NCBI GenBank assembly: GCA_027923505.1
Contig: BROI01000035.1
Location: forward strand, 124,001 to 188,000
Direction of reading: 5' to 3'
Source: Mayamaea pseudoterrestris
Taxonomy: Eukaryota
Length of the DNA stretch: 64,000 nucleotides
Under the pieces are notes generated by a model. The model did no database searches and had not been told where the DNA came from. It was given only the letters and a program-made list of their open reading frames with translations. This document shows positions 1 to 9,522 of this stretch, in pieces (the first letter of the stretch is position 1; each line of letters starts with the position of its first letter). The position numbers and the translations under genes were made by a program.

Positions 1-2
1 AC

Positions 3-1289
3 TTGCCGGAACCGCATGAGAAACCTAGCTACGCGCTCGATCGCACCAAGGAAGAGGAGCCAATATTAGTCTCCGCCAAATCCACTGATCCCTTGCTCGC
101 CTTGGCGTTCAAATTGGACGAAACGCCTTTTGGTCAGCTGACTTACATACGCATATATCAAGGTACTTTGAAGAAAGGCAACACAATTTACAATGTTACG
201 GATGGTAAAAAGATTAAGCTTTCGCGTATCGTACGCATGCACTCGGACGATATGGAGGACATTATTGAGGCAGGCGCTGGCGAAGTCGTTGCAATTTTTG
301 GAATTGATTGTCGATCAATGGACACGTTTTCGGACGGCAACATGAATCTTGCCATGAGCTCCATGTTTGTGCCAGAGCCAGTTATGAGCATTTCCATTAA
401 ACCGGCCAAGACGACCATGCAGAACAATTTCGCCAAGGCACTTGGTAAATTTTCTAAGGAGGACCCCACTCTCCGTATCAAGGTGGACCCCGATACCAAG
501 GAAACTATATTGAGTGGCATGGGTGAGCTGCATTTGGAAGTATACATCGAGCGAATGCTGCGCGAGTACAATGTCGAGTGCGTCACTGGTGCTCCCAATG
601 TAAACTACAAGGAGACGATTGGCAGCAAACAAAAGTTTGATTGGCTTCACAAGAAGCAAACAGGTGGATCTGGGCAATACGCCAAGGTGATTGGATACAT
701 TGAGCCGTTGAGCGAGGAGGATCGAAAGGAAGCTGGCAAGGTCAATGCGTTTGTTAACAAATGCATTGGCACAAATATTCCTCCCGAATACTACAGCTCG
801 TGTGAGAAGGGAACTCAAGATGCATTCACGGAAGGAGCTCTGGTCGGTTGTGAAGTGGAAGGTGTCCGCGTCGTCCTAGAGGATGGAGCCGCTCACGCGG
901 TCGATTCCAGTGATCAAGCGTTTCGAACCTGCATGGCAAACGCCATCCGCGATACCATGAAGAAGGCAAAGCCTTCTATCTTGGAGCCAGTCATGACAGT
1001 TGAGGTGCAGGTTCCCAGTGAATTCCAAGGGACTGTTGTTGCTGGCTTAAACAAGCGTATGGGAATGATCTTGTCAAGTGATGTCAATGACGATGGTTCC
1101 GGCATTACCATTCTAGCTGACATACCGTTAGCTAACATGTTTGGCTACTCGACGGAGATTCGAAGCCAAACCCAAGGCAAGGGCGAGTTTACAATGGAAT
1201 ACAAGAGGCATACACAAGTTCCTCGTAGCACGCAAGAGGAGTTGATGAAGAAGTACAAGGAAGAACGCGATAGCGAGAATGCTGCGTAG
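3..1289 (+). CDS. GFM1: Mitochondrial translation elongation factor G (EF-G1), 5'-partial
   Basis: EF-G domain II-V motifs: LAFKLDETPFGQLTYIRIYQG, KEDPTLRI, SGMGELHLEVYIERM, KKQTGGSGQYAKV, DGAAHAVDSS, ILEPVM, MFGYSTEIRSQTQGKGEFTMEY. The frame is open from the window edge. Confidence 0.93.
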   Translation: MPEPHEKPSYALDRTKEEEPILVSAKSTDPLLALAFKLDETPFGQLTYIRIYQGTLKKGNTIYNVTDGKKIKLSRIVRMHSDDMEDIIEAGAGEVVAIFGIDCRSMDTFSDGNMNLAMSSMFVPEPVMSISIKPAKTTMQNNFAKALGKFSKEDPTLRIKVDPDTKETILSGMGELHLEVYIERMLREYNVECVTGAPNVNYKETIGSKQKFDWLHKKQTGGSGQYAKVIGYIEPLSEEDRKEAGKVNAFVNKCIGTNIPPEYYSSCEKGTQDAFTEGALVGCEVEGVRVVLEDGAAHAVDSSDQAFRTCMANAIRDTMKKAKPSILEPVMTVEVQVPSEFQGTVVAGLNKRMGMILSSDVNDDGSGITILADIPLANMFGYSTEIRSQTQGKGEFTMEYKRHTQVPRSTQEELMKKYKEERDSENAA

Positions 1290-1499
1290 AGAGAATAATG
1301 TCGAAAGTATGTACGGGTTTTGAATGACTCTATATCTATGAGTATATATTATGGGTGCTGTAGTGTGATGGAAACTATCGGTACATACTACGACTCGTAC
1401 GTCGTACGTATGTGCTAGCAAGATAACGGTACCGATACGACAGTCATCGAGAAACGCCGACTTTCGCTCCACAGAAATTCATGTGGTAGCCTCATCACC

Positions 1500-2537
1500 A
1501 TGGCACATCACGCAGTCCAAAGCTTTACAATTCTCGCACTGTACGAATTTATAGATCCGAAACTAAATGATGAAGGAACTTTGGGACTAAAGAATGAGAT
1601 TGAAGTGTTTCTGCGCGGCCACAAGGCCCGTGGAGCAGTTCTCGTCTCGACGGAAGGAATTAACGGCACGATTTGCTACCATTCCTTTCAAGCAAATGGA
1701 GAGTTATATGACCGAGAAAAAGATGTTATATTGGGCTTCTTTCTAAAACTATTCTCGGGACTCCGGACTCGAGTATCATTTTGCGACTCAAATGTCTTTT
1801 TCCGTCTGCGGGTTCGAGTCAAGTCGGAGATTGTCACCATGGGAATGGAAAACGTTTGCCCTGCGCAAAAAGTGGGCGAATACGTTCCACCAGGTCCCGA
1901 ATGGGACAAGCTGCTTGAAGATCCAGATTGTCTTGTTATTGACACAAGAAACGATTATGAATATGGGATAGGAACATTCAAAAATGCAGTTAATCCAAAC
2001 ACATTGAGCTTTAACGAGCTTCCCCAATGGCTCGAGGACAATGTTAAAAATGCTACCAAGAAACCAGCAAAGATTGCCATGTTTTGTACTGGTGGCATTC
2101 GCTGCGAAAAGTCAACATCCTTTGCCTTAGACATGTTCAAAGAGGAGCAAATGCCAATTTACCATCTCGAGGGAGGCGTGCTAGCCTATCTCGACACGGT
2201 TCCGCCCGAGCAATCCTTGTTCCGGGGCGAATGCTACGTTTTCGACCAGAGGGTTGCAGTATCGCATGGCCTGAAGCCTACGCACGAGTTTATAGCTTGC
2301 CACGCATGCCGACTGCCACTTTCGCCGCAGGATCGAACACATCCTGACTTTAAGCAAGGCGTTCAATGCGGCAACTGCGTTCAGGACGATGTTCGACAGG
2401 GGCGACGACAGCGCTACGAAAATAGACACCTCCAAATGAAGATACACGAGAAAAAGGGTCTTCCGCATATATATGACAACAAGGAAGTATGTTTGTATAC
2501 GAGACAAGCAGAAAAGAAGGCGAGTGCGTCGACATAG
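1500..2537 (+). CDS. Rhodanese-domain protein, UPF0176/TrhO (tRNA U34 hydroxylase)-like
   Basis: EGINGT, FFRLRVRVKSEIVTMG, IDTRNDYEYGIGTF, MFCTGGIRCEK, YHLEGGVLAYL, GECYVFDQR and C-terminal CxxC pairs. Confidence 0.88.
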   Translation: MAHHAVQSFTILALYEFIDPKLNDEGTLGLKNEIEVFLRGHKARGAVLVSTEGINGTICYHSFQANGELYDREKDVILGFFLKLFSGLRTRVSFCDSNVFFRLRVRVKSEIVTMGMENVCPAQKVGEYVPPGPEWDKLLEDPDCLVIDTRNDYEYGIGTFKNAVNPNTLSFNELPQWLEDNVKNATKKPAKIAMFCTGGIRCEKSTSFALDMFKEEQMPIYHLEGGVLAYLDTVPPEQSLFRGECYVFDQRVAVSHGLKPTHEFIACHACRLPLSPQDRTHPDFKQGVQCGNCVQDDVRQGRRQRYENRHLQMKIHEKKGLPHIYDNKEVCLYTRQAEKKASAST

Positions 2538-2575
2538 AGGTTCATTAATCAATTACTTTCGTCTACATAATATAT

Positions 2576-3464
2576 TTAAAGATCCGTCACTTCCATCTCC
2601 ATGCCACGTCTTCCATTTCGTTGCGGAATGAGACTCTTGATTCGATTTTGGATTTCTTGCGGCGGAAACGCCGAGAATCGACTTGCGCTCGACTGAAAGG
2701 CCCTTCGCTTGGCATCGGTTCCAGTCCAAACCACGTAGAGGGTCAAGTCGCACGTGGAAGTTCCGTTCTGTCCAAGCAAATCGTTGCATTGTTCCGCCGT
2801 CGCGAAGCAGCCTGACGATGGCTGTCCACTGGACTCCGTCGTCTGTGAAATGCCATTGTAATTGTAGGTGATTTCCTCACATTCGTTCGGTCCGCAAAAT
2901 ACGCAAGCATCGTCCCAAGTGATGCCATTAATAATGCCATCTCGAACGTCGATAATTGCAGTTAAGAACGGGTATACCTTTTGCGTCGTCTTGTTGTAAA
3001 AATTTCGCAAGAAAGAAAGACTCGTGGAGGAAGCAGCGCCAACGAAAATGTCACCACCGTTGAACAAGGTTCCAACTGCGTCGGCGTAGACTGAAGCAAG
3101 GAAGGAGAGAGTGTTAAACGATAAATAGTTATATTCATGATTTCATTCCTGCTTCATACTTACATCCCGGTACTCTCAATCGACTATACTGATCAGCCTT
3201 TGGGCTCAATGAAACTCGTTGATAGGAAACTCCGCTCGTCCAATCGGACGTATTGGCAATATTCAAGCAAACATACGTTGGCTTTCCAATTGTTACTTTG
3301 ACATCTCCGTCTGAGTCTTCAACGTTGGGATTGACGCAGCCTCCCCATGGAGTGGCCGTCGGCGATGAGGTTTCGGTTGGAGTGACGGAGGGTGAAGCGG
3401 TCTGACCTTGTGCCGCCATAAATGGAAGCAGCAAGCAAGTGAAAAGGACTGACAAACGACTCAT
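2576..3464 (-). CDS. Secreted Cys-rich protein (resembles the plant 'Expp1'-like family); exons 3464-3164, 3090-2576
   Basis: Signal peptide MSRLSVLFTCLLLPFMAAQG. A GTAAG..AG intron at 3163-3091 joins RLRVPG|FYADAVGTLFNGG in frame. C-terminal ITWDDACVFC...CDLTLYVVWTGTD pattern. The family name is from memory only. Confidence 0.7.
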
Positions 3465-3758
3465 AATAAAATGTAAGGCGGAGTATATTTACGCAGTCGA
3501 AAAATGAATAAAACTTTCCAGTTGGTAGTGCCGAATAAAATGAATTTGGACGGAATAGATAATGGATGACCCATCGTGGTTTCGCGGTTTCGGAGGCATG
3601 AAGGATTTGATGTCGCATCGCAACGCATTTCAACCGCTACGACAAGGAAGACTAGCTTAGCGCCAAAAAGATCGAGGCATGCACAATGATCATGTCATTG
3701 CTTCGACCAAATCCGATATATCCAAGCAAGCAGCAAGCCTTAACACAAATCAACTACC

Positions 3759-4624
3759 ATGATGAACCCGTACAGCAAAGAGAAAACTACAGAAGTTGGT
3801 GATTTGGAATCTAAACTCCAAAACATTGCCGAAAGCTTGCGTCGCGAGCGTGGACAGGCGCATCGTCGCAAGCAGCTTGTTCAGGAGCGCCTTCGATTGG
3901 CCAAAGAGGAATTCAAGGCGGCCGATCTGAGCACCAAGGATCACCAAGATAGCTTGAATGAGCTCGAGCGCAAGAGTGGTGACGACGCATTGGCGGAGTT
4001 AGGTGAATTTGAGAAGGAGCTGCAAGAATTCGCCGACAAGGTGAGAATGCAAAACTTTTTTGTCACCAGATCCTGACGAACGCTACATTAACAATCTAAC
4101 CATTCATAATATTTCTCGTTATTTATAATTTATATCTGCAGGTCAACTTTCAGCACAAGGAGTTTCTGCAGATGCGTGAGAAGATGGAGTTTAAAATCGA
4201 GTCGGATGCGTCACGAGCCAACAAGCGTACGATTCTACTTGGTCGATTGGATAGCGGCGTCGGACCTCGTCGCGAAAAGGTTCGTGATGAGGAAACTGCT
4301 AAAGGTTTTGCGGAAATCATGGATCAAAGCTATGTACTAGCTGTTATGGATACGGACTTGAATTTCGGTTTGCATGTAAGTTGGCCGTATGTCCTCTCAA
4401 GCAAGGCGGACGATTTGTTTCAGGAGTCACATGACATGATGGTGACAATGGAAGGATCGGAAGATATTAAAGTTGGATATGAATCCAAGTTTGGATTGCT
4501 TCTTGTTGGCGGGCAAGGCGATGGAAATGATGCGCGCAAGGATGAGCCTGGCGACAAGCATGATACTGGATCAATGCCGGACGACGAGGAGACGAATGTC
4601 ACCATGCCAGACAGTACGGCATAG
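3759..4624 (+). CDS. Hypothetical coiled-coil protein; exons 3759-4040, 4142-4624
   Basis: A GTGAGA..CAG intron at 4041-4141 joins FADK|VNFQHKEFLQMREK in frame. The N-terminal half is E/K/R/L-rich and heptad-like. Confidence 0.72.
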
Positions 4625-4749
4625 TCAAGCTGGAACTCTGTCGGAAATGTTGCTCTCTATGTCGACGAAAGTTTATCTGCTGTGTGTAACATTGCTCCTG
4701 CATCGTATGATCAATGATACAATATGTCACATTCTATTTATTATTCACT

Positions 4750-5652
4750 TTAATGTCTTGACCAAACTTCCTCGGATATGACAAGGCCGCTCATTGCCAT
4801 TCTTGATCGTTCCCGGTTTCCCTCGCCAGCATCTAGCTGTTGAATGGCTTGCGAGATGGCTCGCTCGACCCAAACCTTCCGTCGTTGCTTCCGTCGTCTC
4901 GCCGTATCTGCATTACTACTCCCAATTGAGACAAGTTTCGGAAATCGCAATCGCGCCCATGCTAATGCCATACCCAAATCTTTTCTGTGTAACGACAATT
5001 GAACCAATAAGTCGGCCAGTTCTAAATGCCACGGCTTTACGTCAAGGACGACGAGACAATGTTCCAGAGCCTGCAAAATATTTCGGTTCTCGTGTAGATA
5101 CAGGTGCGCAAGTCGAAGCCTTGGGTCGGCCCAATGAGGATGTTTTCGAATTTGTCGTAGCAAACGTCGCTCTTCACCCGACATGATCCAATAGCGTTGC
5201 CAAATTGTTCGTGGAAAAGAGTCGTTGTCAACATGAACTTTCGGTAGCGGCGTAATTGATGCGGCAAAGGGTTCCTTCTCAATCTTCCAAAGCTCCTGTA
5301 GTTGTTGAAGATCATCGTCTGATTCAGCGAGACTCTGCAACAGTTGGACTTCGCGTCGAAATGCTGGAGGTCCTCGGTTTATTGCTGTACTCGTGTTGAC
5401 GGCGTTGAAGGAAGCGAGCGTCTGTGCGATTTCGGCTGCAACTTTTTCCTCTATGAATGACAGTTCAGCCCTAGACTCTAGCGATATACTTTCGTCGTGT
5501 GCATCAGATGCAGCTGTGCGAGCTTGCATTTGGACGTCATTCCGTAGTGGCATGCTGGAGCTTGCGCAAGCCGATGACGATGGCTGACTTTGAAACGAGT
5601 GGCAGCAAAAAAGCAAAGCAAGAAATAACACCAAGCACATTGTTCGAGCCAT
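4750..5652 (-). CDS. TPR-like helical protein with a bipartite plastid-type presequence
   Basis: First ATG at 5652 gives MARTMCLVLFLALLFCCHS-FQSQPSSS. The HPHWADPRLRLAHLY...LDVKPWHLE segment is TPR-like. Clear similarity to the gene at 47875-48770. Confidence 0.72.
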   Translation of the reverse strand: MARTMCLVLFLALLFCCHSFQSQPSSSACASSSMPLRNDVQMQARTAASDAHDESISLESRAELSFIEEKVAAEIAQTLASFNAVNTSTAINRGPPAFRREVQLLQSLAESDDDLQQLQELWKIEKEPFAASITPLPKVHVDNDSFPRTIWQRYWIMSGEERRLLRQIRKHPHWADPRLRLAHLYLHENRNILQALEHCLVVLDVKPWHLELADLLVQLSLHRKDLGMALAWARLRFPKLVSIGSSNADTARRRKQRRKVWVERAISQAIQQLDAGEGNRERSRMAMSGLVISEEVWSRH

Positions 5653-5921
5653 CACTAAAAATAGATTGACTTTATCCAAGAACTCTCAATCCTATCAAGC
5701 TGCATGGTGGTCGTTATCTGGTGCTCGTTTGCTTGTGCAATGGGCGCCATCACATTCATCATGCTGCTCCTGTCAGTGCGAGTCGCAGTGCGTCGTACTG
5801 GTACTCAAGGTGACTCGCCAAATTCAACTATCCAACCCGTCTGGATTGACAGAAGCAGTATTAACTGAAAAGCGAAAGTTTACAGAAACGCTTTGACATA
5901 ACAATCAAAATACTATATTCA

Positions 5922-8900
5922 TTATTGACCCTTTGCATATTCGGCTATCCTCACAATATCTTTTCCAAGATTGACAATGACTGGGAGAAGCGCCTTTTCC
6001 TCGGGAGGAAAGTCAAGGTCAGAACCAAGATGAAATTCATCCAGAAATGCCTTGACAAAAGCTACCGACCCGCTCGTTTCGGCCTTGGTAAGACATGGAC
6101 CTCCTTGGCGTACCAGGTTGTTCAATAACACAAAGACTCGATGCATTATCTCAAGTCGGCCAGACTGCAACATGGAGGTCATTGATTCATCGAATTTTGC
6201 CAAGTCAACAAGCACACGGGCAATTTCCGAATCCTGAGTTGCCATGGCCAGTGCTCCAGCAGCGGCGCGAGAGCATTCGTATCGACCTTCGTAGTCTTCC
6301 GCAAACGCCAGCCACAGTCGCAGATTGTCTGGCACTTTCAAATGCTCCATCATGGCCTCGTGAGGGATCAAGTTACTCAATGCCTCTGTCGCTGCTTGTT
6401 GCACCATTTCGTGGTCAGAAAACATTAGATAGTGAAGCGGGCCAATGCCCTTCTCGATGACGATTCGATTCTTGGCATCGTCGCCCGAGCCAGCAATGTT
6501 GGTAAGAGCCATGAGAGCTTCAAAATGCTGTAAATCACTACCATGAATGTCTCGCACGAGTTGTAAAAGCGGCTTAATTGAACCGAGGCGCTGTGCTGAC
6601 GTAAGCATGGAGGGGTTTTGCGTTATAAGCATCTTGGCGATCGAGTGTCGGGCGTGTCGAGTCAGCTTCTTCATTGTGTCTGAATCTGTTGGCTGCTCCT
6701 GCTTCTCCATCTTAATCATTGCCGAAAGAACACCTTGTTGAATCAGAATACCTCTTGTCGATTGTTCGCAGGCCATCCGGCTGACGGTCAGTATGATTTG
6801 CTCCAGCGTATGCTCGCTGGCGCCTTCAATTAGATTTACCAACGCATGTGGCACGCTGGCGGCAGCCATTTTTCGAATGCGCTCATCGCAGGAAGCCTGT
6901 GTGTCAGAATCACTCGTCTGCTGGTGGAGAATCTCCTTTTCCTCCTCCGTCTTGCCCATTTCTTGCATTTGATCGAACTGCTCCATAGTGTACTCCTTGC
7001 CTTCAAACATTTCCTTGCGGAGTACTTGATTCATTACAGCCATGTACTGAAATATTGACGCTAGTGCAAACCCAGAAAGTGATTCTCCAGCCATGGGCAT
7101 GTCGCAAATCTCGACAAGTCGGTCCATGGCGGAATGCTTCATTCCAACATCACAATGATAGCCAGCTGCTAGCTCCTCCTTGATGCTAGTGTTTGCGACA
7201 AGGTAATTTATCATTTCGATGCCGCGCTCGACGGATGACGACGCGAATGAACTAAAATGTTCACTCTTCATGCCTTCAGCTCTGGCTTTTGCGGCTTTAT
7301 TCTTTTCGGCATCACTCCGATCCTCTAACAAGTCACAGGCACCCTGCAACAGCGTCATGAGCTCCAACTCATCCTGCTGTTTCTCTCTATTCGACAATCC
7401 AAGCTTTGCCACCGCCGACGCGGCACCCGACCGAATGTCGCGATTGGAATGTGTGACAAGCTTCGCCATGGAACCGCCATCGATGAACCGCTTGATCATG
7501 TCCGCCGCTGTTTCCAACGTGGCAGCCGCCGAAATGACTTCAGACGCCAAACACATAGCTCGCAAGTCGTCCGACTCGATCAAATCGGGCAAGTCAATCT
7601 GCGAGGTTGGCCATCCAGATCCGAGTGCCCAGGCCCCACACTCCTTGTTAGACATGAGCAGCGCCGTCGTAATAATGGCCCGCTGCATTTTCGTTTCCAG
7701 TGTGACTGGTTTCATAGGGCTTTCGTCGTCCGCCACATCGACAACTTTGCCTTCATCCTCCTTGTCGCCGACTTCCTCGATCACCACCCCCAGCGTTTGC
7801 TCCGTGTCTGCGTTGTCGCTCGTCGATGGTGAGTCCTGCAAAAATCTTCTCAACACTGACTTTAGTTGTTCATGATCCTCCAGGCCGGCGCATATGCGCG
7901 AAACAACCACGGTAATCTCGCGACGGACAACATGATCTTCGCAGCACGCTCCGGCACCCAAAAGCGATTCTAATCCATGCTCCATATAATACAAAGCACG
8001 TTCGTATAGCTGAGCTTCGTCGCGGACGCGCTTGTCGTAGGTGCGCTTTTGGTGAGCGGCGTAATTTTGTGGACTCATACTATCAAGTTCAGCCTTTGCT
8101 TTCGGAAGCGGCAACAACGGATCCTTGACGTTTGGTCCGAGCGAGGCGCGTACCATTGTGTCGCGGTCCTTGCCCGCCGTCCATGTGCTAATGACGTCAA
8201 GGACGGCGCGAATAACTGTCTTGTCATTGTGCATTTTGAGCGCAGCGTTGGTCATTTCGACGAGATTCTTATGGTCAATGAGCGTCTTCCCACTTATATC
8301 AGAATGCGGATCGTCCCGGTCTGCGTGCAGCAAGATGCGAACGAGAATCGCCAAGATGGAAACGATCGTTTCTGATGAAAACTGAGCAGTGCTGTTTTCG
8401 AAATAACTTGCAACTTGCTTTAATAACATGTCTTTCAGCTGCACTTGCGTGTGCACCAAGTACTGTCGAACAAACTCTGGTTTGGCTCCAGCCGAGGAAA
8501 GACAAGTCAATGCCAGCACTGCCGCCTTGGTAGAAGAATGGTTTAGCGCCAAATACAGCAAGTTGTCGACTCCAGCAAGTCTACCCAGCTCCATGGGCGC
8601 GTGCGATGGATCATTCTCCAGCAAGCCTAGAAGCATCTTGATATACTGTTCCATCTGTGTATCTGAACAATTGTCTTGTCGAAGGGCTTCTAGCTTCTTG
8701 GCAATAGGTGTCGTGGCCGTAGCACCTTGCTTGTGCTGAATGCGAATCGTTTGCAGCAGTTTCGTCGCTTCCTGGTTGGACGGCTCATCATTTAACAAGG
8801 TCAGCAAGTCCTTGGCGGCTGTCTGTAGTAGTTCATTGTTATTACTACCTGATTGCTGCGTGATGCTCACATTGGACAGGAGAAAGGATGCTTTGGCTCG

Positions 8901-9194
8901 TCGAAACAAGAGCTTTCCGTGCAATTTTGATTCTGGGTTCGACGACAATGCCGTCGTACAATCGTCAATGCATTCCTGCAACTGCATGGTTTTCAGAAAA
9001 CACATGGCTCGATTGGATAGTAAGGTCGCTTTGACTTGTGACCATGTCGTATTCGTTCCTGTAGTGCGATCTAGAGCGACGATTCCTTGCGCGTAGGCTG
9101 AAATGGCCTCCTCGTAACAGGCCTTTGCGAACGCCTCATTGCCCTTTGTCTTCCATTCTTCAGCTTGCTGCACTACAGACTCTTCAGATGGCAT
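5922..9194 (-). CDS. UNC45: UNC-45-like myosin chaperone (N-terminal TPR, central ARM region, UCS domain)
   Basis: TPR motifs AEEWKTKGNEAF, LLSNRAMCFLK, KLLFRRAKA. UCS motifs RGILIQQG, HSIAKMLITQNP, LQHFEALMALTNIA, MFSDHEMVQQAATEALSNL, RAAAGALAM, EIMHR. Start placed at MPSEE; the ORF is open to 9353. Confidence 0.88.
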   Translation of the reverse strand: MPSEESVVQQAEEWKTKGNEAFAKACYEEAISAYAQGIVALDRTTGTNTTWSQVKATLLSNRAMCFLKTMQLQECIDDCTTALSSNPESKLHGKLLFRRAKASFLLSNVSITQQSGSNNNELLQTAAKDLLTLLNDEPSNQEATKLLQTIRIQHKQGATATTPIAKKLEALRQDNCSDTQMEQYIKMLLGLLENDPSHAPMELGRLAGVDNLLYLALNHSSTKAAVLALTCLSSAGAKPEFVRQYLVHTQVQLKDMLLKQVASYFENSTAQFSSETIVSILAILVRILLHADRDDPHSDISGKTLIDHKNLVEMTNAALKMHNDKTVIRAVLDVISTWTAGKDRDTMVRASLGPNVKDPLLPLPKAKAELDSMSPQNYAAHQKRTYDKRVRDEAQLYERALYYMEHGLESLLGAGACCEDHVVRREITVVVSRICAGLEDHEQLKSVLRRFLQDSPSTSDNADTEQTLGVVIEEVGDKEDEGKVVDVADDESPMKPVTLETKMQRAIITTALLMSNKECGAWALGSGWPTSQIDLPDLIESDDLRAMCLASEVISAAATLETAADMIKRFIDGGSMAKLVTHSNRDIRSGAASAVAKLGLSNREKQQDELELMTLLQGACDLLEDRSDAEKNKAAKARAEGMKSEHFSSFASSSVERGIEMINYLVANTSIKEELAAGYHCDVGMKHSAMDRLVEICDMPMAGESLSGFALASIFQYMAVMNQVLRKEMFEGKEYTMEQFDQMQEMGKTEEEKEILHQQTSDSDTQASCDERIRKMAAASVPHALVNLIEGASEHTLEQIILTVSRMACEQSTRGILIQQGVLSAMIKMEKQEQPTDSDTMKKLTRHARHSIAKMLITQNPSMLTSAQRLGSIKPLLQLVRDIHGSDLQHFEALMALTNIAGSGDDAKNRIVIEKGIGPLHYLMFSDHEMVQQAATEALSNLIPHEAMMEHLKVPDNLRLWLAFAEDYEGRYECSRAAAGALAMATQDSEIARVLVDLAKFDESMTSMLQSGRLEIMHRVFVLLNNLVRQGGPCLTKAETSGSVAFVKAFLDEFHLGSDLDFPPEEKALLPVIVNLGKDIVRIAEYAKGQ

Positions 9195-9522
9195 ACTGTA
9201 AGTGTCGCTCCTTGTGATGAGAGCAAGACAAGATGTTTCTGCTCGGCGAATGACTGCGAAAATGTCTGGTCTTGTTTGACTGTGAATGGATTTGACGCAT
9301 CGCCGCGCTCCATGCGTGTCATAACCGGTATGACATATCAGTTTCCGTTCCATGCGGGAACGACGAGCGAGCCGGTCATCCGTGGTTCAAAATTTCGCAG
9401 GCATCAACTACTTCACCAATTCTTTCGTCGGCACTTGGGGCAGCCGGAGCCAGCTTATCCAGGACTTGGAATTAGAAAGTCGCCTTTAAAGTCCAACTCA
9501 TCGCAAAACGCTGCTGATAAGC

